39,351 bases of DNA from positions 1 to 39,351 of the IMG/VR virus record IMGVR_UViG_3300018072_000002; one strand, 5' to 3'. The stretch comes from a virus (Duplodnaviria > Caudoviricetes). The translations under genes were made by a program, and so were the position numbers. A model generated the notes under the pieces. That model was given only the letters and a program-made list of their open reading frames with translations. It ran no database searches and was not told where the DNA came from. How positions within the stretch are numbered: position 1 is the stretch's first letter; each line of letters begins with the position of its first letter. Shown here piece by piece: positions 8,686 through 14,305 of the stretch.

Positions 8686-9545
8686 TTTGATATTTTATAG
8701 GTGTTAATGTTATGAGCCGAAAGGCAGAATCCTATGTGGATTAGTTTTGTTCTATCTCTTTCGGTGGCAAAATACCAGTCAATGACATCGGTTATCTCGC
8801 TGGGCTTCATTCCTTTCTTAAAAAGATTAGCTATTATGATATTTTGCTTAAAAGTCATCATCGGCTTTATCTTCAGTAATTTCTCACATTTTGCGCTGAA
8901 ATAATCCTTTATGTAATTTATAGCTTTTTGACGCTTGGGTTCCAATGGGCGAGCCAGTTCTCCTGTTTCAATATCAATACTATCTTCAAAGTTATCACTG
9001 TGCTTGTTTTCGTTATAGCTACCCATTTTGTTTTTTATCATTCTTTTATTATTAGTGGCATCTTCTTCTTTAGAAGAAGTGCTAATGTCTATTGTACTGT
9101 CATACTGTACTGTCTTATTAGATGTACCAGATTCTTCCCTGAGATGTACCAGATTGTGGACTTCTGGTGTACCAGATTGTGGACTTCTCTTTGGTTGCCA
9201 ACCGAATGATTTTTTAGCTTTTGTAACTGAAATACTTTTTCCATATGGGGTTCTTATTGTTTTAATATATCCTTCTATTTCTAATTTACTTAAAATCTTC
9301 ATTATTGTTTTTCTATCCCCGAATCTCTTTAATTCTTCTACTTTTATGGGTTTTCCTCCTAAAACTTTTCCAAGACCTGTTTCTAAATCAATTTTTGTCA
9401 TTTTATCCAATAACCAAAGATAAACCCAAATACAACTTGTCTTCTGATTAACACGCATTTTTTCATAATGCTTCGGCTCCAATAATCCATTTGAAACAGT
9501 AATATAGTACATCTCATTTTTTATATCTATGGATATTTTTCTCAA
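8682..9545 (-). CDS. Replication initiator (lambda O-like organisation, N-terminal winged helix)
   Basis: wHTH-like N-terminus (RKTIMKILSKLEIEGYIKT), internal iterons, directly upstream of the helicase. Confidence 0.75.
   Translation of the reverse strand: MRKISIDIKNEMYYITVSNGLLEPKHYEKMRVNQKTSCIWVYLWLLDKMTKIDLETGLGKVLGGKPIKVEELKRFGDRKTIMKILSKLEIEGYIKTIRTPYGKSISVTKAKKSFGWQPKRSPQSGTPEVHNLVHLREESGTSNKTVQYDSTIDISTSSKEEDATNNKRMIKNKMGSYNENKHSDNFEDSIDIETGELARPLEPKRQKAINYIKDYFSAKCEKLLKIKPMMTFKQNIIIANLFKKGMKPSEITDVIDWYFATERDRTKLIHIGFCLSAHNINTYKISK
9120..9188. repeat. Iterons, probable replication origin
   Basis: TGTACCAGATT three times, two copies extended to TGTACCAGATTGTGGACTTCT, period 22-23 bp, inside the initiator gene. 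Confidence 0.8.
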
Positions 9546-9768
9546 CTATTCCTATTAAATCCCGTTCCATTTGTCCGTTCCACCAATTTTTATGTCGCAT
9601 GTGGTTTATCCACGCCCACATAGAAGCTCCATGTCCAGCGTGCATATCATTTTCATTGCCTATTTTAGATACAGTTATGTCGTAAATATAATTCCGACTG
9701 ACTCGTATGTTTATGTATAATCCATCTGAATCAATACTTTCTAACCAAATCCCTAGTTTCTTATCCAT
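9514..9768 (-). CDS. Hypothetical protein
   Basis: ORF with WINHMRHKNWW motif, upstream of the initiator. Confidence 0.65.
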   Translation of the reverse strand: MDKKLGIWLESIDSDGLYINIRVSRNYIYDITVSKIGNENDMHAGHGASMWAWINHMRHKNWWNGQMERDLIGIVEKNIHRYKK

Positions 9769-9773
9769 AGAAA

Positions 9774-9860
9774 TTACAAACTAAATAGAGCAAAAAAGAA
9801 TCTTGGGGAAACTTTCTTGCTCAACCTAATTGATAATTTAGACCCAAGATTTTTATCCAT
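9774..9860 (-). CDS. Putative leaderless leader peptide (28 aa) overlapping a pseudoknot
   Basis: MDKNLGSKLSIRLSKKVSPRFFFALFSL*; ATG lies 6 nt after TGGTATAAT; stop lies 5 nt before the next ATG. Confidence 0.45.
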   Translation of the reverse strand: MDKNLGSKLSIRLSKKVSPRFFFALFSL

Positions 9861-9920
9861 ACGCTCATTATACCAAAAATTCAGCAAGTCTAGTATCTTA
9901 AAAGCATATTTTGTGGATAA
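9788..9920 (-). promoter_or_regulatory. Replication-operon control region: DnaA box, extended -10 promoter and pseudoknot leader
   Basis: TTATCCACA 9920-9912; TGGTATAAT 9875-9867; AAUCUUGGG complementary to loop CCCAAGAUU of an 11-bp hairpin. Confidence 0.65.
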
Positions 9921-10130
9921 CTTTGATATACAAAGTGGAGAAACCGAGAGATATTTTGTAGCATGCGTAAACTCTCGGATGAACGAATTAGCTAAATTTT
10001 AATTAGTTGCGTTCTTACCAAACTACTTTGCGTCTTCACACATTTCATTTGTGGTATTTCGAGGCTAATTAACCCGAATATTCACCCATTTCTCCATTTT
10101 ATACACCAAACATTGATTATAACATACTAG

Positions 10131-10156
10131 AAAGGGGGAACAAATATCCCCCTTTT
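10131..10156. terminator. Intrinsic terminator, possibly bidirectional
   Basis: AAAGGGGGA-loop-TCCCCCTTTT. Confidence 0.7.
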
Positions 10157-10161
10157 GACTA

Positions 10162-10602
10162 TCAACTCACTTTATCCATTGCTCCTCCAAACCAAGTCTG
10201 GCTGTTCCAAACTGGCTCATCGTAGATGTTCAAGCAATCTTCCTTGTCCGCCTCGTGTTTGTGGAAATAGATGGTGTGCCATTTTCCATTTTCATCCTGC
10301 CAACAATCGCCATTCGGCTGGTTGCGAGAGAAGTCAGGATGAATAGCATTGACTCTGATTTGAGCAATCGTGTCTTGCCACAATCCTCTCTTTCTTCGTT
10401 CTCTTTCCACTTCTTCAAGGTCGGTGATAACATACGAGGGTTTGAAGAACATAAACTTAACTTCCACCAAACCTATGCCTGAAACAATCGGCATAGTGTC
10501 CGCAGTTTTAATATCGCCATGGAAAGTGCGTTTTGAGAACTGTATTGCTTCTCTAGCGCTCCAATTGCGATTGACAACAGTCCAAAACTTGAAACTTGGC
10601 AT
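10162..10602 (-). CDS. Hypothetical moron-like protein
   Basis: Own TATAAT, strong SD AGGAGGT, flanked by terminators. Confidence 0.75.
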   Translation of the reverse strand: MPSFKFWTVVNRNWSAREAIQFSKRTFHGDIKTADTMPIVSGIGLVEVKFMFFKPSYVITDLEEVERERRKRGLWQDTIAQIRVNAIHPDFSRNQPNGDCWQDENGKWHTIYFHKHEADKEDCLNIYDEPVWNSQTWFGGAMDKVS

Positions 10603-10634
10603 CGTTACCTCCTGCTATTATTATATTCCTACAG

Positions 10635-10657
10635 AAAAGGCGCAGATGCCTGCGCCT
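10635..10657 (-). terminator. Intrinsic terminator
   Basis: AGGCGCAG-GCAT-CTGCGCCT-TTTCT. Confidence 0.75.
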
Positions 10658-10666
10658 AGTGCTTCT

Positions 10667-10783
10667 TTATCGGTTGTTCATCCATCTGCGATAACAGGCT
10701 GGATAATGGAAGAGAGAACCGTAGAACTCGGTAGCCCTCATCCAAAAGAAAATTCTCTTTTTGCACGAGGCACATTTCTTCAT
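10667..10783 (-). CDS. 38-aa putative zinc-binding peptide (CxxC...HxxxC)
   Basis: MKKCASCKKRIFFWMRATEFYGSLFHYPACYRRWMNNR; SD AAGGAG; followed by a terminator. Confidence 0.65.
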   Translation of the reverse strand: MKKCASCKKRIFFWMRATEFYGSLFHYPACYRRWMNNR

Positions 10784-10831
10784 AGAACAATCTCCTTTAC
10801 AGATAGCATAATATATTGCCTATAATAAAAC

Positions 10832-10860
10832 AAAAAACCGCCTCCTTATTAGGGACGGTT
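10832..10860 (-). terminator. Intrinsic terminator ending the late operon/sRNA
   Basis: AACCGTCCCT-AATA-AGGAGGCGGTT-TTTT. Confidence 0.8.
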
Positions 10861-10933
10861 CTTTGAGGGTTTAACACCATGCAACTAGGCGACACAAGTC
10901 TATCGTACGCTAGACGAGTAAAAAATTCGCCTA
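10832..10933 (-). ncRNA. Putative ~100-nt sRNA
   Basis: TGATATAAT at 10947-10939; UAGGCGA/UCGCCUA stem enclosing a GUCUA/UAGAC hairpin; terminator. Confidence 0.5.
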
Positions 10934-10944
10934 TGTTAATTATA

Positions 10945-11244
10945 TCACTTAAAAAAAAGTATTGCTATCAATGCAAAAATCACAAAACAGAATAAAAGTG
11001 CTCCACCGACAATAAAAAAGGTTTTCCAAAAAGATGTGTCTTCTTCTAATTTTAGATATTTTTGTGGTTTATCTCTCCCTTCTATAATTCCTTCTCCCAT
11101 GATAATTTTATCCAGTTCATCTGATTCCGTTTCTTCCGTTTCCACTTTTTCTTCTAGTTTTTGAGCAAGTGCGTAATCGTCATCTTTGGGGTCGAATTGT
11201 TCTGGAACATCAATCCAATTTTTTTTATACTTTTTCTTTTTCAT
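10945..11244 (-). CDS. C-terminally anchored membrane protein in the lysis module
   Basis: Hydrophobic C-terminus FFIVGGALLFCFVIFALIAILFF. Confidence 0.65.
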   Translation of the reverse strand: MKKKKYKKNWIDVPEQFDPKDDDYALAQKLEEKVETEETESDELDKIIMGEGIIEGRDKPQKYLKLEEDTSFWKTFFIVGGALLFCFVIFALIAILFFK

Positions 11245-11945
11245 ATTAAATTTATTTTAGCATTCGTCAAAGCGCCGACTATCCCATCACTGACTAATTT
11301 ATTTTTTAACTGAAAGTCTTTAACTGCGATGAAAGTCTTGTCGCCAAAAATTCCATCCAATGCTAATTTATATCCTTGTGTGTTTAAGAATTTTTGCAAC
11401 TCTTTGACATCGCTGTTCCACATTCCTTTTCGTAGAACTTTCTTGAAAATATACTTCAAAGGAGTTGTATCAAAATATGGCATCGGGTCAATCGCTCCGA
11501 AATAGCCGTTTGTCTGCCTTGTATTATACCAAGTAAAGTCTGTTTCATTTTGAGCGACAGTCTTTAATCCGAAATGAAGATGGTCGCCTGTGGATACTCC
11601 CGTATTATCCGCATAACCAATAAGTTCGCCTGTCTTGACTTGCTGTCCTGTCTGCACCACTGCGTTATCTTTGAGCAAGTGCCAATATATCGTTTTTATG
11701 TAGAAAACCCCGCCAAGAAGCTCGTAGGGCGTTAGCGAACGTATTACAACCCCATTACCTCCCGCATTATCTACTTCAGGATAGCAAATACCGTCATGCG
11801 AAGCATATATGGGCTGTCCACGATATGCTTGCAAATCTATGCCATTATGTCCTTTCAAACCTTGAGCAGTGTATAAATCAGTTACTCTGCCAAAGACATA
11901 ATTAACAAAGAAAGGATTGATGGGATATTTTAATTTAAGTGTCAT
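11241..11945 (-). CDS. Endolysin: M23 peptidase plus C-terminal peptidoglycan-binding domain
   Basis: HNGID, YWHL, STGDHLHF, AIDP; LRKG...DVKELQKFL...DGIFG...FQ...DGIVG. Confidence 0.92.
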   Translation of the reverse strand: MTLKLKYPINPFFVNYVFGRVTDLYTAQGLKGHNGIDLQAYRGQPIYASHDGICYPEVDNAGGNGVVIRSLTPYELLGGVFYIKTIYWHLLKDNAVVQTGQQVKTGELIGYADNTGVSTGDHLHFGLKTVAQNETDFTWYNTRQTNGYFGAIDPMPYFDTTPLKYIFKKVLRKGMWNSDVKELQKFLNTQGYKLALDGIFGDKTFIAVKDFQLKNKLVSDGIVGALTNAKINLI

Positions 11946-11948
11946 ATT

Positions 11949-12182
11949 TTATTCTTTCAGGAATAATGAGTATATCGTACTTGCGGAGGCTAAAACTCCC
12001 AGAATCGTGGTGTACCACACTGTATCTCGGAGAAATACATATATCCCTCCTACTAAAACAGAAAGTCCTATCATTAACAGTTTTGATCTGTTGCCACTGG
12101 TGCTTTTGAAATATTGAAAAGCCACCGATAACGCCGCACCCACCACACCTATCGCTAGAAAGTCAATTAAGTTTGTGTCCAT
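11949..12182 (-). CDS. Putative holin
   Basis: 77 aa, about three hydrophobic segments, directly upstream of the endolysin. Confidence 0.7.
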   Translation of the reverse strand: MDTNLIDFLAIGVVGAALSVAFQYFKSTSGNRSKLLMIGLSVLVGGIYVFLRDTVWYTTILGVLASASTIYSLFLKE

Positions 12183-12218
12183 AAAATTATTTATCTATTA
12201 ATACTAATGCTACCATTA

Positions 12219-12665
12219 CTAATAAGAACCAATTTGGAACGATTCGCTTTCATAATCATATTTCTCCGTTCGCAATGAATTGATTTTAATCGTGATACTT
12301 GAACGAAGTTTATATATTCCAGCGTCTATTTTAATTGGGATTGGAAGATTGTGCATTTCTTTTGTGCATCCTTTGGTGAAACGGGCTACTCGGTCTGGCA
12401 CATCCCACAGTTCGCCTGTTTCTATATTCTCAAATTGGTTGTCCATTACATAGAGAGATTCTTTTGGAGAACAATACTCTATCTCATAATTAAAACCTCC
12501 TCCTTGATTGGTGAAAATTGTAATAACGTGGAAAGGTTGCACGAATTTAATTTCATTTATCGGATGCAAAAGCAAAAATGCAAGATAGAGCATCATCAGC
12601 GAACCCAAAATGGTGATGTATAAAGCGGCTTTCGGTAATATATTTTCAGTGAAAAAATTTTTCAT
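12219..12665 (-). CDS. N-terminally anchored membrane protein with beta-rich soluble domain
   Basis: TM segment at about residues 13-33; lysis cassette. Confidence 0.65.
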   Translation of the reverse strand: MKNFFTENILPKAALYITILGSLMMLYLAFLLLHPINEIKFVQPFHVITIFTNQGGGFNYEIEYCSPKESLYVMDNQFENIETGELWDVPDRVARFTKGCTKEMHNLPIPIKIDAGIYKLRSSITIKINSLRTEKYDYESESFQIGSY

Positions 12666-12883
12666 TTTATTATTAAAGCAATTACAGCTCCAATAAAAGC
12701 AATTAAAATAGTAGCCACTAGACCATAAATAATTTTTCTAATAGGTTCAAATTCCTCCTGTGTAACAAATTTATGTTTCAGAACTTCGTTTATCCCATCA
12801 ATGCTTTTTATCAGATATTTGACGTCCGATGCGACTACCGCTAGGTCAATATCTTCTTGTCTTTTGGTATATGAATCAGGCAT
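12662..12883 (-). CDS. Coiled-coil plus C-terminal TM protein (XhlA/holin-accessory-like)
   Basis: FVTQEEFEP followed by a hydrophobic tail. Confidence 0.6.
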   Translation of the reverse strand: MPDSYTKRQEDIDLAVVASDVKYLIKSIDGINEVLKHKFVTQEEFEPIRKIIYGLVATILIAFIGAVIALIIK

Positions 12884-12903
12884 AGTTACTTGTCAATTAC
12901 TTG

Positions 12904-13086
12904 TTAATCGCATCTTTCTTCTTCTTCCGTGCTCTTGGTTGCATTTTGCAAACGGGCGAAACAATCAATGCACAAAAACTTTTCTATAGAAAGAATGAAG
13001 TCAATATCATTTTTACTACTGCAATAAGCGCATTTGTTTCTATCCGTATATTTTGATGGAATGCTTCGCGTTTTCATAATTTCCAC
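12904..13086 (-). CDS. Small zinc-finger protein
   Basis: CAYC...CIDC; ATG probably a few codons in. Confidence 0.45.
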   Translation of the reverse strand: MEIMKTRSIPSKYTDRNKCAYCSSKNDIDFILSIEKFLCIDCFARLQNATKSTEEEERCD

Positions 13087-13127
13087 AAGCCCGCCCGCTT
13101 CAAAGAGAAATGAGCGGATTGTGAAAG

Positions 13128-13367
13128 TTATGCTGGCGTTTCTGTTGCAGGTTCAGCAGGCGCATCAGTAGCAGGAGTTTCTGTTGCAGGCGCTTCTGCA
13201 GGCGTATCAGTTGCTTCAACTGGTGTCTCTGCTTTTTTTTCTTCATCCATAAATAATTTATCTTCCGTGTTAGCTTTTAATGGCTCGACCTCGTTGTCAG
13301 TCTTTTTCGTTTTCTTTTTAGTTCCTTTCTTGAATCTTGGTGTTGTCTCTTTATGTTTGTATTTCAT
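13128..13367 (-). CDS. Low-complexity Ala/Thr/Pro/Glu-repeat protein (start may be the ATG at 13250, giving 40 aa)
   Basis: ETPVEATDTPAEAPATETPATDAPAEPATETPA. Confidence 0.55.
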   Translation of the reverse strand: MKYKHKETTPRFKKGTKKKTKKTDNEVEPLKANTEDKLFMDEEKKAETPVEATDTPAEAPATETPATDAPAEPATETPA

Positions 13368-13370
13368 AAG

Positions 13371-13451
13371 TGTTATAATTGTAACAATCTGTACTAGAGA
13401 TTACAAGCAACCTGTTTCTGACTGCTAGTACCAGTTGGAAGCAGATTTTTT
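13371..13451 (+). promoter_or_regulatory. Extended -10 promoter and kissing-loop leader of the HNH-AP2 gene
   Basis: TGTTATAAT 13371-13379; loop GUACUAG (13391-13397) complementary to loop CUAGUAC (13425-13431). Confidence 0.6.
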
Positions 13452-13455
13452 GTCT

Positions 13456-13932
13456 ATGAAACAAATTGAATTAAGTAAACAAGGTAAATATAAAGGAAAG
13501 TATTTTGCTATCGTTGATGATGAGAATTTTAATAAATTAAATCAATTTAGATGGAAAGTTGAACAAAAAAATAAGAAACCAAATAATGTGTATGCAGTAG
13601 CTGATGGAATGAGAATGCACAGAATTATTATAAATGCTCCACAGGGAGTAGATGTAGACCATAAAAATGGCAATGGATTGGATAATAGAAAGAAAAATTT
13701 GAGACTATGTACATTGACAGAAAATCAAGCAAATTCAAAAAAAAGAAAGAATACAAGTTCAAAATATAAAGGTGTTCACTGGAATAAAAACAGGAATAAA
13801 TGGCAAGTTCAGATATCCTTCCAAAATAAGCATTTTTTAATTGGTAGATTTACTTCTGAAATTGAGGCGGCAAAGATATATGATATAAAAGCTAAAGAAT
13901 TATTTGGTGAGTTTGCAAGAACAAACTTTTAG
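13456..13932 (+). CDS. HNH-AP2 homing endonuclease
   Basis: MHRII, VDHKNGNGLDNRKKNLR, SSKYKGV...W...IGRF...AAKIYD...FGEFARTNF; ATG at 13456 preferred over the TTG at 13435. Confidence 0.92.
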   Translation: MKQIELSKQGKYKGKYFAIVDDENFNKLNQFRWKVEQKNKKPNNVYAVADGMRMHRIIINAPQGVDVDHKNGNGLDNRKKNLRLCTLTENQANSKKRKNTSSKYKGVHWNKNRNKWQVQISFQNKHFLIGRFTSEIEAAKIYDIKAKELFGEFARTNF

Positions 13933-13961
13933 TTCGTTTTACGTTCATTGTGCGAAGTATA

Positions 13962-13989
13962 GTGTCGCAAATTATCTATTGTGCGACAC
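13962..13989. terminator. Hairpin between convergent genes
   Basis: GTGTCGCA...TGCGACAC 8-bp inverted repeat, no clear U tract. Confidence 0.4.
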
Positions 13990-13990
13990 G

Positions 13991-14236
13991 CTAATCAATG
14001 TCAGATAAATCTTGGTTAAGCGCCGTGTTGCTTGCCACTTCGCTCGCTACTCCCGCTTCGTATCTCAATATCTGGTTTCTGATTATATCCAGAATCCAAT
14101 TCTTTGAATGAACAAGAGCACTGATGGGATTTGGAATATCATTCCCTTGCTCGTCTTTTATTATTGCTTGATATTTGGTTGCCGCCAGAAAACGAGTTAC
14201 CTTGTCGCTGGGCACATTTAGTGTTAAAACTGCCAT
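13991..14236 (-). CDS. Hypothetical protein downstream of the tail fibre
   Basis: ORF and position. Confidence 0.65.
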   Translation of the reverse strand: MAVLTLNVPSDKVTRFLAATKYQAIIKDEQGNDIPNPISALVHSKNWILDIIRNQILRYEAGVASEVASNTALNQDLSDID

Positions 14237-14305
14237 AAAATTATATCGTTAAATTTTTGATAAAAAGTAAATTCGACCTATGTATTATACTATTAAATTT
14301 ATAAT

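Noticed and set aside
9120-9188. Mini CRISPR array
   Set aside because: The repeats are nearly adjacent with no spacer-length unique sequence and lie within the initiator gene, which fits iterons
10020-10060. c-di-GMP-I riboswitch (GAAA...GACGCAAAG on the minus strand)
   Set aside because: Lacks the upstream GGCAAA-type segment and the receptor-bearing stem
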